Source: Vicugna vicugna (lineage: Eukaryota). From it: a stretch of 64,000 nucleotides of DNA. The position numbers were made by a program, and so were the translations under genes. The notes below the pieces were generated by a model that saw only the letters and a list, made by a program, of their open reading frames with translations, had not been told where the DNA came from and ran no database searches. Position 1 is the stretch's first letter. Each line of letters opens with the position of its first letter. Shown here one piece after another: positions 27,410 through 41,600 of the stretch. The stretch covers positions 496,001 through 560,000 of the forward strand of contig MU058418.1 in assembly GCA_013265495.1 (NCBI GenBank), written 5' to 3'.

Positions 27410-28869
27410 CTAGGTCTGAACTAAATGATGAACTCAATAAACTAGGCCTGGCTTTTTGAAATAAGGATCATTAAAAGGAATGTTAATTTGTTTACCAAAT
27501 TAGATTAATTAAATGTTAAAAAGAGCTAGTTTGTAGCCTAATGGAAATCTCATTTTTACCATCAATTGTGGGGTGCATTTTTTTAACTTGGGAATCCTTA
27601 CAGAGGATATGGAGCCTGCAAAAATAAAGGATATGCTAATTGATCGTCATATTTTTTTCTTCTTTCAATATGCAAATCCTTTGACACAAAGAATCTAAAT
27701 GAAAAAATTCAGATGAAATTTATTTTAGCCAAGAAAACAATAGAAACAGGCACGAAATGAGAAGAAGAGGAGCTATTGGAAAAAAAACAGAACTACAATG
27801 TATGCGTAATCCTGTCTAGGGTAAAGGGACCCAGCGTCGGGGGTCCTTAATCTCCTGATCACTCATCCACAAGGCTTTATCTCTGAATCATTGGGTTGTA
27901 TAAAACCTTTGTAGATTAACTAATCTGTCTTCCCAGGTTTGTAGTAGTAGGAATAATTATCTTATTCTCAGCCATTCAGTTGTATCACCATAAGAAACTT
28001 CTTATTTTGTATTGTGTGAGAGAATATGGATTTGTACGAAGTTTGGGTGGCACATAGATCTGCTTATTTTCTCTTAACACCACCCACATATAGTTTGTAC
28101 CATGCACGAAACACAGGCTCTTGCAATCTGAAGTAGAAATCTCAGTCATCAGTCACTCACTGGTTTGCAAAATACATGTCAATTCCTTTCTCCTTTGAAA
28201 AGGCACAGTGTTCAATGCATTTGCATAGAACTGACTTGTAACCTTATGTGGGGAGAGGGCAGCAATTGGGGAGGGAATTTTGATGCCCCAGTGTGTAGCA
28301 AATGCAGCCCAGGAAAAGGAAGAAAATAAGGAATTCAAAATAACCTTTTCGATAGTTGAAATAACGTGTGCCATAGAAGAACGTCTCTTTTCCCCCTCTT
28401 GTCTGTCTGGTGGTTTCTACTTTCTTAACAGCTTCCTGACTTCGTCTTATCAATTAGCTTGTAAAGAGGAGGATTTCAGGAGCCTTACCTAACCTTTCCC
28501 ATCCCAAGTAAAGTTCAAATAAGCTTTATGCAGCTCTCTCCTGAGTCTCCTGTAAGGATAGGACTAGCCCAGGGAGGATTTGAGAAGTTTCCCGGGGACC
28601 TGCCTAGGGGACAGTGCAACACCAGGATGAGAGGTCAGCCGAGGGCAAGAACCCCACCCCTCCATCCCATGCTCCCGGCAGGTGTCACCTCCACCCACCC
28701 CACGAGGGGTTCTTTCCTCTCTTGTTACCCTCCTTCTGTGATCCTTTCCCCAGATCCTGGCCCCAAGAGCCTTCCTGACCCCCAAGGGTTAGCGTGGTAG
28801 CACCCTCTCTGTACATCTGTGGCTATTCATAGGTCCTCCTGTTTTTAAAGTTCTCACTCCATGAGACAA

Positions 28870-29030
28870 TGAGGCAAGCACTTTATGTTGTTAAACTTTC
28901 ACAACAACCTGATGAAAAGGGTATTTTGTCCTCATCTTCCATAGGAGGCAACTGAAACTCAGAGAAGTTAAATTGCTCACTCAGGTCAGGCAGCCCGTAA
29001 GTGACCAGGCTGGGAATGGGCACGGGTCTC
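28870..29030 (-). mobile_element. MIR fragment
   Basis: tcacaacaacctgatg...ggaggcaactgaaactcagagaagttaaattgctcactcaggtca. Confidence 0.75.
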
Positions 29031-30779
29031 TTTCCACACCAGCCTGTGCGTTTGACTGTCCCTGCATCAGGCTGCTGATGGGTGCACGTGGCCAGGGGGT
29101 GCAGCAGTGCCATGTACCTGGTCCCTGCTCTGTTCTGCTCCTTAACTTGTCTGCTACTAACACAACCTAAATCCCAGGAAAAGCCCAACCACCTTTTCAG
29201 GCATTTTTTTCTGAGAGACTCAGAAATGTGTGCTTGCAGCTGTGAGATTACTGTCAGTAATATATTTGCTTTCAGTTTCATAAACATTTCTGATGCCCTC
29301 TCTCTGGAAAGTTCTGTCTCCAGGGTTATCTGACCTATCAGGGTGAAATGCCAATTAAATCCATGTGCGATCTAAACATATCCAAATCAGAGCTGTGCCC
29401 AGCCTATCAGCATAAAGATTGTGGCCACCATCAGCCCCTTCCTTGAGAATGTCCTAGCTAGTAGCTAGAAGTTAAGGTGAATGCTTCTTCCAGTCTTTGA
29501 AATATTCCAGCTTAATTTGACCTGGAAGACATTATGAAAAGGAAAGCAAGGAGCCTATATGCTTCATGGGGTCTCTTTAAATTAAAAAAAAAAAATTTTT
29601 TTTTAAAGAAAGAAAGAAACCCAAGGTAAAATTTCATCATTGTTGGAGAGAAGTTAGACTTAGTGTTTTCAGCCAGATGTATGGACAGTTTCTCCAACTG
29701 TAGCCCTTTAATGGGAATGACATTTTCCATAGCATTTCATTTCCTTGAAATATTCTGTGCTTTCACAGCGTGGCTCCAACGCCCCTGCTCTGGCCAAGGG
29801 GGCCTTCTCCATGAAGTTGAGACAAGTCATTGGGCTGAGCTTGGCTGGGCTGGCCTGGGCCATTCCTCTGGGACCAGCTCCCCACTGTCTGGTGGGGAGC
29901 TCTGAGTATCATAAAGGAGCTTGGCTGGTCAGACTCCTTGTCAGGTTAAGAAGCCCTTTGTTTCTGTTTAGTTTTCTGAAACAAGACAAATTATGATATT
30001 TTCTGTTAATTTCTTTCCTTAATGAGTTTCATTAAAATCAAAGCTTCCGGAAGACTGAGCCTTGACAGCTGTCTAAGGGCTGTTTCATTTACTGGGGGCT
30101 GCTTAGACTGAATAATTATTACAGCTTGAGAGTTTAAAAAGAAGTAAAAACAACAGAGAGAAATAGATCCCTTGAATGGTGTGTCATACGCTTCTATTTC
30201 TTTCCAGGGTCTGGGATTCTGTGGTGTTCAAAAGAGATCATTAAAATCATATATTCTTTGAACTAAAATATTATTAAATCATCATACACTTGCTTCTTAA
30301 TGGCTCCCTGGTTCTTAAATACTGAATTTCACTTAATGATGGTAGATTAAAAGGAAACCTTTTAGAGATTAATAAAAGAAATTTTAAAGAAAGATTGTCT
30401 ATAGACACTGGCAGGTCATTTGGTACATGGTGCCATGATGTCTTGATGAAACTATGAGCAACTGCATATTTTATCTTATGGTTACTGAGTGGTGTAGTTA
30501 TACACATTCACTTTTCTTCCCCAAATAATTTTATATGCCAATTTGGCATAATAAAAGAGACTTTGAATTCATGGCCAGAATCTCATATTTCATGATAGGA
30601 TGTTCTTATTTGTGAGGCAAACTTTTCCCCTTACCCCCATCTCCAAAGTAGAGACAGTTAATGTGGCATCTTGAGATGCTGAGATCCCCAGAAACATTCT
30701 GAGAAGGTTTACCTGAAGGCCAAACCTGAAAAATTGCAAAAGAAGGAAAGTAAAGAAATATCAAAGCTATGCAAAAATT

Positions 30780-31117
30780 GATAGAATGAAATGTGTACTG
30801 CTGTGTGTAAGGATGAAAAGACTCAGAATTACTTTAAATACTTCTGCAAGGAGAAAGGAGAAGAAGGGATGGATAAAGGAAGTGGGGTAAGAATTTGATA
30901 ATTGTTGAAGCTGAGTGATGGGAATTTGGAGATTTACTCTTTTATTATCTTGATTTTTATGTCTATTTTATTATATTCTTTTTTTCTTCTCTTTTTAAAA
31001 ATGGAGATACTGAGGATTGAACCCAGGACCTCGTGCATGCTAAGCATGTGCTCTACTACTGAGCTATTCTACACTTACCTATTTTTGTGTCTATTTTAAA
31101 AATTCATAATAAAAATT
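30780..31117 (+). mobile_element. Ancient L1M (L1MC/ME-type) 3' end interrupted by the SINE at 30971-31080
   Basis: ttgataattgttgaagctgagtgatggg...[SINE]...aaaattcataataaaaa resembles old L1 3' termini. Confidence 0.65.
30971..31080 (-). mobile_element. tRNA-Ala-derived SINE (camelid vic-1-like) with target-site duplication
   Basis: Reverse complement reads tagctcagtagtagagcacatgcttagcatgcacgaggtcctgggttcaatcctcagtatctcca plus an A-rich tail (A box, AGC anticodon loop, B box). 18-bp TSD atttttatgtctatttta (30953-30970) / atttttgtgtctatttta (31081-31098). Confidence 0.88.
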
Positions 31118-31276
31118 TTAAGTGATAAAATATAATAGGAGCATTTTATGTAAGAGATAAAAAAATAAGAATCATGAATTGTAGCAATTTGATAGTCCAG
31201 AATAATTTCACAAGAAAAGCTTTACATGAGTTGAAAAAAATTATAACGTTGGGAAATCTACATAACTGAGGAAAAA

Positions 31277-32752
31277 ATTAATGAGACAACTCTGTAATCC
31301 TTCATGTTCTTATTTTTTTTCAGCAGATATATTGTCGATTTAGGAGAAATTAAACTGGGGAAATACTTTATATTTCGGGAAAGGATTTCTAGGAGCAGAT
31401 TCAAATTTCACAAAGGAAGCACCATTAGTAAAAATGAGTTTAGCGGCTCATGTGGAAGGAAAGAAATTGGATATAAATAGTGAGGAACAAACTACAGAAA
31501 AGAATAAGCATTTTCATTGTTCTTATTTTATCTCTAGCTATTTAAAAAACTTGTCATAGACAAAAGGGCATTGCTCACGGATTCACCAGTTTGCCCAGAA
31601 AGGCAGAGGTTCCCCTTCTCACAATGGTATTTGGCTTGTTGGGGATGGAGCCTCATAGCTACACTCTCCATGAATATGGAGGTCCAGGAAAACAGAGGAA
31701 AGCCCCCTGCAACTTGAGATGGAAAGCCAACTAGTTTTAGCTCTTGGGAGGACTCAGTTCCATCGGCTGTGGTAACCCTTGATAACATCCCGTAGGGTTT
31801 TGGAGCCTCTCTGGGGCACTTCCAAAGGCTCCCATTTTCATACAGTTCTACTTAGTGATGGAATTGGATGGGTAGTTGGACCAGAGAGTCTCTTCTGTAA
31901 GTATCCTTCAAATTCTGAAATTTTATGATTATATAAGACAAAGAGAAATGAAAACATCCTCAGCAGTAACATTTGGATGCAAGATAGGTATGTCTGTGAA
32001 TGTGACTGTGCACGATTAATGAGACAACTCTGTAATCCTTCATGTTCTTATTTTTTTTCAGCAGATATATTGTCGATTTAGGAGAAATTAAACTGGGGAA
32101 ATACTTTATATTTCGGGAAAGGATTTCTAGGAGCAGATTCAAATTTCACAAAGGAAGCACCATTAGTAAAAATGAGTTTAGCGGCTCATGTGGAAGGAAA
32201 GAAATTGGATATAAATAGTGAGGAACAAACTACAGAAAAGAATAAGCATTTTCATTGTTCTTATTTTATCTCTAGCTATTTAAAAAACTTGTCATAGACA
32301 AAAGGGCATTGCTCACGGATTCACCAGTTTGCCCAGAAAGGCAGAGGTTCCCCTTCTCACAATGGTATTTGGCTTGTTGGGGATGGAGCCTCATAGCTAC
32401 ACTCTCCATGAATATGGAGGTCCAGGAAAACAGAGGAAAGCCCCCTGCAACTTGAGATGGAAAGCCAACTAGTTTTAGCTCTTGGGAGGACTCAGTTCCA
32501 TCGGCTGTGGTAACCCTTGATAACATCCCGTAGGGTTTTGGAGCCTCTCTGGGGCACTTCCAAAGGCTCCCATTTTCATACAGTTCTACTTAGTGATGGA
32601 ATTGGATGGGTAGTTGGACCAGAGAGTCTCTTCTGTAAGTATCCTTCAAATTCTGAAATTTTATGATTATATAAGACAAAGAGAAATGAAAACATCCTCA
32701 GCAGTAACATTTGGATGCAAGATAGGTATGTCTGTGAATGTGACTGTGCACG
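31277..32752. repeat. Direct tandem duplication, 2 x 738 bp (31277-32014 and 32015-32752)
   Basis: Both units start attaatgagacaactc and end gactgtgcacg. Identical 84-aa ORFs at 31534 and 32272 (offset 738). No differences seen by eye. Confidence 0.97.
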
Positions 32753-35099
32753 TTCAATGTAAAGGGAAGACGTATCCATATTGTGAGCTGTAGGCTGGCT
32801 GCCCACCAAGTAGCAGACTGGATGTAATCTGGTCCTTCTATTTCTTAAAGCTTTTAATACCAAGGAGCCTGGTCTGTCTCAAGAACTCCTCATTAAAATA
32901 TAAAACACTCTCCTGTAGTTTCAACGCTAGGAAGGCGCTCTCCTTCTATAAAGTCTATCACTATCTTATGGAAATCTCTCCCCTAGGAGGTCACTGAGCC
33001 CAGAGCTGCAGCTGTGTTTTAATAAGGGCTGGATAATTTTATGACCAATAACATTTGTCGTTACACATGCTACAAGAAGGTTAATCAAATCTCAGCCTTC
33101 AGGGCATAATCTGGTTTCCCACAGGAATTTTCCTGCAGAATTCTGTGTTTGGCTGGGGAAGCTTGCTTCCCTCCTCACACATTAGTTGTTGACTGTGGTT
33201 CCATGATTCTGGACTTGTGCCATGATTGTTTCTTACTGTCTCTAGAATATTTCAGTATTGAAATTGTTTGGGGGCACCAACCCAAGTGGCATGGCTTTAG
33301 GAGGCTGGCTTTTAGAGCTTCTAAGCTTTCAGGCCAATACTTTGTTTTTCAACTTGAAACTTTAGTGAGACGAGAGTATTCAATCTATCTGTTTCATTTG
33401 CCTCAGGGAGCCAAGGTTTCAGGCAACTTTCAGACCTGAGATACCAAATATTTTTCCAGCATTTCTCTGTTGCTTAGGAAACTCATAAACTGGTTCAAAC
33501 ATCTCACTTGGGGAAATATTGAAGTGACATTTAACTCAGAAACAAACTGCTTTTGGTCTGCTAAAGAAAACAGCATCACTGCCTGAAAGGGCAGCAGATC
33601 AAAATAAAGAGGGCAAGAGAGAAAGAAGAGATGGCTATTGAAAGCTGAAGTTTGGATGGCTGCAACACTAAGTTTGAGATGGTCTGTGTTTTTCCTTTGG
33701 TTTGGGTGATGTGGCTGGATCAACATGTGGTATTTCAACGCTTGCTGTAATAAGAGAGTGAAGTCCTCTTGTCATCTGAAGGGTCAAGAGACCCCAAGAA
33801 GTCTTTTCTTCAAGACTTAGTAACATTTAATGAGGCAAAAGAGGTAACATAGACAATCAGAAATAGGACCTCGCTGTCGATGGGTTCCAGAGTCCCTGTT
33901 AAGTCCCACTTGTCTTGATCTGCTGTAGATGGTCTGCCCAAGGACACCCTTGCAGATTCCATGTGATTGAGGCCAGGTTGCTTCAGAGTCTCCACAGGCG
34001 GAGAGTTCTCCCTCCTCCCTCCCTGCCTTCTCATGCTGGGTTCCCCAAATCCAGTACAAGGCAGGTGCAAAAGGTCTGATTCAGATTGGATGAGTACCGG
34101 AAGGGGTGTGTATGTGTGTATGAGACAGAGAGAGAGACAGGGTGCTAAATCTGACTCAGTTTCTGTATGGTCACCTGGGTAGGAGGTGACTTGAGGCTAC
34201 TCCCAGTTCCCAGGGCTCCTGGGCTGAGAATGGAGCAGGTAGGTACAGGGTGGGGTGGCTGGAGCCCAAGGAGAGGAGGCAGTGTTCAGGGAGTAACTCT
34301 GATTCCTTGGCACTTGCTTGGACTTCGGCTGTAACTGGAGGTATCTGGAGATAAATGGAATGAGTAAATAATAATAACAGAAAAAACAAAACCATAAAAC
34401 AAAAATGAGTTTTAGTTAAGTGCTAAAATATACAAAAATCTCTATGCATTAGTGCAGAGCCAGAGACTGAAAAATCCAAATGACCCTAGTCTGAGTATTC
34501 AGATTGGTTGACCAGTCTCTGTACTTTCGGTATCTGTAAGCTAGAATATGTGACATGGAAGTAAAGGGAATTGGGGTGGGAAGGCATCCTGGCAGAGAAG
34601 GCACTTAGAGCCATGTTCTCCAGCTGCTTTAAGCATCATCTTGTACTCTCCCCCAGTGGTTTCAGCTCAGGTTGTGTCAGCTTATGTGTACAAACAGATT
34701 TTTAAAAATCATCCCTTGCTTAGGGAGCTGACATCTGCCACTCTCAGAAATTAGAAATGACAGATGCCCCGAAGGGTGAAGGGCTGTGGCTGATTTTCCA
34801 TAAAAAATAGAATCTACTCAGACTCCACTATTCACCGAACAGACAGCATTGTCTAATCCATGTATTGAGTGGTGATTTCAAGTAACGAAGGAAAACGGGC
34901 AACCTGGTTCTGCTTGTTAACACTGCTGTCTTCTCCTGCAAAACTAAACAAAACCTGTTCTCACTCCCTTTCCTAAGATTTAATGCCGTGCCCAGTGCAT
35001 TGGACCCAGCAGGCGTTGGAGGTTCGTGATGAGATACTTGATGCTTTCAGAATCCTTGTGTTTGCTTGCCCTCTGAGGCTCCTTTCATCTGCAGTAGCC

Positions 35100-35690
35100 G
35101 CTTCTCCTCTCCACCACGGGAGAGAAAGGAAACAAGCATCGAGACTTTTGAAAGCAAAGAGAGGGGAGTTAAACTGAAGATAGAAGAAGTTCCTGTCTAT
35201 TTTAGCCAGACTCTTTAGGGAAGGGGAGCTGGAATTGGAACCAGAAAGCAGTGAGAACTGAGGCAGCTTTAGGGCTTGGCTTCTCTCCACCTCCTCTTGG
35301 TATCTGAGTTTTTCCGGCTGTCTGCTCCATGTTTTTCTCCCCATCAACCAGACGACTTTGCTTCCCTGGGTCCTCATCACTTCAGTGTGTACACCTCCAT
35401 CATGGTCTCCTCAGCTCCTCTGAATACTGTGATCTTTCAGTTCACTCCCACCCTTACCTGCTGTAGTCTCTTGCTGTGTTCTAGTTCTCCCTCCTGAGAG
35501 AGGAAATCTGATGGAATCAGTTCATCTTTTGGCAACAGGACACATTGTGGGTTGCTGGACAGCTTATCTAGTGGCTGCCCTTGGGTCACATGCATATCCT
35601 CGCTCCAAACAGCTGAGGCTGGATCACATGGTACAAGACAGGGTCCAGAGTCTCTTAGAAGAGGATGTGATAGGTAGACACCTTGATTGA
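35100..35690 (+). mobile_element. Ancient MaLR solo LTR (MLT1-type), degenerate
   Basis: gagagaggaaatctgatgg and ccttgggtcacatgcatatcctcgctccaaacagctg...ggatcacatggtacaagaca motifs. Boundaries approximate. Confidence 0.6.
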
Positions 35691-38600
35691 TACCTCATGT
35701 TTACTGCCCAACATTTATCGAGCATTCACTTGTGTCAAGCACCATTCTAGGCTGATATCAAGGGTGATCTAAAGCCTTTCATTCATTTCCTATTTATGTA
35801 GTAAGAAGGAAAGAAAAAAAATGACTACAACTAGAAGCAGATAAGAAATAGCAGGGAGCACATGGGGAAGATGGGAGACGTTTAGGGTTTAATAACTTAT
35901 AACCAGATTTGTGGTTCTGATCCAAAATCCAGAACATACTTTCTTCCTCTTTAGTCTTGTTCCTTGAGTATGAAATTGAAAGATGGATAGGTTCTTAAAA
36001 ATGACTAAAAGCCCCTATTGAAAGCATCCCTCCAGGGCTCAGTTAAATCTCATCCTTTCCTTACCACTTCAACCCAAAAGTACACCTTTATTCCACAGCC
36101 TTGGCAAGGTGGTTACATATTTAGTCAAGAATCTGCCACTTTCCCCCTCCCTTTAACGTTTGTATGTCTAATCTTCTTAACCAAGCAGAAAACTCCTTGA
36201 GAGAATGGACCAGATCTTATGTGTCTCTTTCCCGTAATTCCTATAGTTGATGTTCCATGAGATAAGGAAAATCAGTTCAGAATACTGGAAGAAGTTCTTC
36301 TAAGAGGAGTCTTGGTTAATGATTGAACATAGTATGCGTGAAAATGCCATCCAGTCCCAGAATTTGGTTAGTAAAATACGCAGGTATTTTGATGATCCAA
36401 AACAAAATAGCAGTACTTGAAATACCGAAGGATATAGACTTTGAGGAGATAGAAAGTGGTTTCTCATACAAGGGTGAGCTGTGATGCTGAAGGTGTGTCT
36501 TTGCCCTGGGAGGTCTTGCATAGAAGGGAGGTTCAAAAGGAAGGACTAGTAAAGAAACTCTGAAAGTAGCCCAGGGGATCTGCCCCGGCTCCACCTTTTC
36601 TGGCTCTGGTGTGGGTGTGTGGAAGGAGGGGCAGTATTTAAACTCAACTGGCTGATTCTCTGATGTCCTTGTTAAAAGATCCATTTTAAAGAACCTGGAG
36701 CTTTATCCAAGTATGTGATATATTTCTTTCCTTTTGGTTTACATACACTGCTTAGAAATCTCCATTAAGAATTTCAAATATATCGGTAATAATTAATCAC
36801 ACACTGTTGTTCATAGATGGAGTTAAACGGCAGGAGTCACTTCCAATATTGACTTTATTCTGTGGTCTGTATATTTCAATGCATTAAAAAAAAAAAGCAG
36901 CCACAAGAAGAAAACAAAGAAGAATAAGGCCGGACAAAGTGCTGAACAGTGGAAAGTGTGGTGAAGTTGCCCATGGAGTCCTTATAAAACACAGTCTTGT
37001 AAATATGTATTTTATTGTTTCTAGCAACTCAACAAACGAAAACCATATTGAAAGTGAACAACTGACTGCAATGAGCCAAAGCATGCCTCAGGCGACTCAA
37101 AGCTTCCCACCAGTTTGGGGTTAACTTCCATCACTCCTAACATTTGTGAGAGGATGATTCTGAATAACATAAGAATGAAATCACGAATTCTACACACAGA
37201 ACAAATGAGGGGAGGAGCAACACACACTTAGCGTTATTAAGCCAGCTGCTCCTTTGCAACCTCCAATGTTGCACAGACGAAAGGGCTCAGAGAGGAGAGA
37301 GACGTCTTTGAATAAGGAGGGGCTGCCAACAGATAGTGGGAACTATATTGGGCATTGCTCGGGGTACCCTCTGCTCTTTTCCCTTTTATATGGTAACCAG
37401 TCAGTATCTTGCCAAGATCTCCATATTATAATTCTTTTGTGCCTTCAGTTGGATCACCTGGTTACATCTCAGTGTCTTCATTTGTGAAACCATTCTCAGC
37501 AGGCTGAAAAGAGCGATAGAAACCTTAATGCATTGACCCCTATAAAAACTGGCTTCATTTATTAAAGAAATCGTTACACACTCACACATTTTCCCCTACA
37601 CATATGCAAGGCTAATAGAAAAGAAAGAAAGCTCTGTGATTCAAAGGGAAAATTGATTTTATATTAATCTCCTTAATTAGGGACCAATTATTTTGAGTTA
37701 TTTTAAGAAATCACACTTTATTTGGAGGTCAGGTAAAGGAAGAGTGGGAAAGAAGGACCATCAGAACAGTCCAGCACCTTGCCACTTTGACATCCCAAAT
37801 TTGCAGGGAGTCCTGAATCCCGAGCAGTATCAGATTTTGCTTTTAGAAACACTTAGGAAGTGAACATGATGCCAGTGACTCTCTAAGGGCAATGGTATCC
37901 CATGGCAGGATGGAGACCTCAGGATGAAACAGAGGACAAGAATAGTAATTCCATCACTAGCCTCTACCAAGATAAATCTGAGAAGTTTCACTGAAATTGT
38001 TTCCATATAAATTGCAAATGTTCCAGAAAATAAAGCAGCAATGGATACAGGCAGAGGTTCCCCGGGGCCCTCTGTGTGTGGAAGGGAAGCCCATCCACTG
38101 GGCATGAAACCACAGGATGAAAGGGGATGAGATAAGTGCGGACTCCAAGTCCCCAACGTGCGAAGCTGCCTTTGTTGCGAAGAGTGTGAAGCCCATGCCT
38201 TAACTTTTAGTTCCTTTGGCTTTTTTGGCTAGTGTCGCATCTTATAAGTCACAGTCTAGCTTCTCCTGTCCGTATTTTTACTGCACAGAAGGTTTCCCAA
38301 TTTGCAAGCGTTTGCAGCACGGCTGGGCCCGGAGATAAAACAGAATGTGTGTGTAGTACAGCATGCATTCAACTGATGCACAAGATTCTTTCCACCATAT
38401 GTGCAAAGTAGTGTGCTTTTCACTCGAGGTGCCACTGCCAGAATTGCCAGGAGCACATGAATAAGTGGAGGAGAGACACCTCGTACCCAGTGCGGCACCA
38501 GGCCTCGCCCCCTCCTTGGAAGGAGAGCCTTGCTTTCAGCAGCCACCTGCATTTTGATCCCCGCCCCCCTGCTTTTTTTAAGCTCACCTGTCCCACTGCT

Positions 38601-41600
38601 TTCCACTCACCTCTACACAGCCCCCCACCCCATCCTGCTCCCTCAGCCTTGGCCTGGGACCCAGCTGTTGTTGAGGTCAGTGTGGAGACCCGGTTGCCCT
38701 TCCAGTAGGAGAGGGGAGGTGGTAGTTAGCACTTATGCTAATGAGGAGACCACGACTGTGATTAAAAACTCATCAGTCACAGAGGAATGACATGAGAGGA
38801 AAACCAGCTGATTTTTCCCCCCCTTTAATGTTTATTGTCTTCATCTCCTGCAAAGCATAGCTTACCAAGTCTTTTTACAGGAAAGTTAGTCTGGTCTTTG
38901 TAGGTGACTCTTCCAGTGGAACACCTGTTATTATTTAAAAAAAAAAAGATGAGAGGTATCAAAGAATTATACTTTTCATTCACCTCTTTGAATCTGTCTT
39001 GAATCTCCTTGTATCCTTTAGCCGAATGAAACAAGCCAATCCAGAGAGGTTTTGGTTAGTTGGAATTTACTGTCTGAAATTTGAATCAGCACCTCCTTTG
39101 GCTTTACTGGAAACTTGTTTGTTTGAAAGCATGTGGTATTTCTGACCCAGAGACGTCAGTGGACACACCACTCAGACTCTCTTCGTGAGCTACACCATGG
39201 GTGTTGCGTGGAGGTTATAAGCACTCTCTCACCCAGCCAAGCGTGGGTAATAAGTACTGGCCCTGCTTCCCAGGTGGGAAACCAGGCCTCAGGTTTGCCT
39301 TTCACCTGTCCTTCGACTTCTTCAGCCTCCAGCCTGGGAGGTAGGGCTCCTCCACCCACAGTCACTGCGGCAGGGTGTGTGTGACAGACGGGAGGGGTTG
39401 CTCTGTATTTGATGAAGCGTGCATTTGATGCTATTGTGATGTCTGTTGTAACTGAGTCATTATCTCAACTTTCTACATTGATTTCATTTGAGTTATTTGC
39501 AGTCGTTCTTCTTTCTTCCCCAGCGTTTCAGCAAATAACCTTTGGGCCAATTGGAAGTGTGATTTTTGGGCTTGCATTTTTTTTGTGAGAGCTCGTGGGT
39601 TTGCTGCTCTCAACTATACCCACAACATAGAACAACACATGGCTCCGTAGAGGCTACCTGTGTGTGCCCCACATTTCCCGAGCAGTCGATCTGGGGAGCT
39701 TCTTGCCTGGGAGGTTGCGCTTGAAATGGCAGGGACCTTGGGCTTTAGCATCATCCTTTGTCACTGTGGGGTCTGGGGGGAAGGTCATGTACACCACGGG
39801 GGAGAGAACAGGTGGACGGTAGATACTGCCCTGTTCACGTGGGGATCTGGGTAGGTAGGCAGTCACTGTGCTACTGATGCTTGATGAGAGGCAAGGGTGT
39901 TGTGTTCTGGGAAGTTCAAGGACAGGAAATGGTAGGGACATTGAGTTGTCCAGGAGATCCCACTGACCATCCATGGTGGCCCCATTGGAAGCTTCATTCC
40001 TAAGGGGAGGGGGCCAGGGGAGAAATGTTCTGGATATTAGCAAATTCATTGTACAGTAGGAAAGGCTTCTCAGCCTTGGAGAGCATCCTTGGCTGGGGAG
40101 GAGCCCATCAGAACCTCCCCTCCAAGCCTGAGTTTTGGATGCACATCATCACTTTGCAATGGTGGCGACAGTCACACTGGGGCTTGACTCTCATTCATTT
40201 GGTAATTGGTTATTTTAACACAAACTGTGACCAAGGAACATGATTACACACCTGTCAGCCATATGATGGGAAAGAGCGCTGTCTGTGAGCAAGGGAACCG
40301 GCTGCGTTTCCACCCGGGTCTCCGTGGAGTCTTCTCCATCAAAGATGTCATTTTTCATTTTTACCTTGAAATAAGAGACATTACAGCTACTGCCTTGTCT
40401 GTATCATTTATAGGAATTGCTGTCACAGATGCTAATCTAAACTAATACAATTTCATTCTGATTATATCTTTGTAGACATCAGATCCTAGAGCACAGGAGG
40501 GCAGGATGTAATATAAAGAAACAAATGAGCATAAACATTATATGGTACCCATGCAGCAGCTTCCTGTGACCGGGCAAGGGGTGGGGAGAAATGAAACGAA
40601 AGTGTTTTGTGCAAGGAGGACAATTTACTTTAAGATGAAATAGATCAGTGCAGTAAAAGAAAGCTGTTTCTGAGTATACAGGTAACTAAGGAGGAGGAGG
40701 GGACTCTCACTCATGGAGATGGGATTGCCAGGTGATTCAGAGTCCCGTCTAAGGGTTGTGAAGGAGGGATGATGTGTCAGGAAGATGGGAAATAAACACA
40801 TTAAAAACAAACAACCAAAAAACCTTAAACACACAATTTTGAGCTGAATTCTAAAACAAATAAGGACCTAATAAATGTTGCAACATTTAGTTTAAAAAAA
40901 GCCCTAGCTTTTTGAATAAGAAAATAATATCCACTCATTTGCATATTTTCTGAAAATGAACCAAATATTAGATTGCTTGGAAACCTTCTCCCTTATTTGT
41001 CTGCTCCTCTCTGTCTTTGATGAGGCCATTCAGGCACGAAAGTGTGTGTGGTCACCACGTGTGTGGGTCCAACCTCTGCTGAGCACTGACATCAGCAAAT
41101 GATACAGGTGTCCTCTGTCCCTCAGTTAGAAACAAATTTGATACAGGATGAAGTTAGTAGCTGGAAAATAAGGAATAAAGGGAGGTGACATGAATGGTAA
41201 AGAAAGGACCAACAATATAACCTTGGTCAAGTTGTTTGATACCAGTGCGGTGAGGGTGGTGGGATTCGACACATAGCAGTCTCCACGAACCCCTGGCTGC
41301 TTACGTGGGTGGGAGCTGCCCAGTGAGGGCGGGAAGTTTCTAGATAGAGATGTTACTTTGGAAACATGAGAAGAGATAAAGAGATGAGAAAACAAATTGA
41401 TGCCTTGTTTGCAGGGAGCGAAATGAGTACTCAGATGGCAGACGAGAGACAGAAGTGGTCGTTAAGTATTGATGTGCCCAGGCTGTGTAGAGGATTAGGG
41501 TTCTGATTAGAGGGTGCATTTATGCACTTCTTAAAGTCCTCCAACCTTTGCTGGTGCCTTGTGATTGGCATTTGCCTTTGGCTGCGGAGCATGCTCTATA

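Noticed and set aside
31002..31072. tRNA-Ala(AGC) gene
   Set aside because: Broken acceptor and anticodon stems, A-rich tail and an 18-bp TSD identify it as a SINE; the same applies to the copies at 46247 and 58397.
31534..32526. Duplicated 84-aa gene pair
   Set aside because: The identical ORFs arise only from the 738-bp duplication; no protein family is recognisable.
38825..39034. J-domain-like peptide (DRFKEVNEKY) suggesting a DnaJ pseudogene
   Set aside because: No HPD motif or further similarity, and no clear retrocopy hallmarks; likely a chance resemblance.
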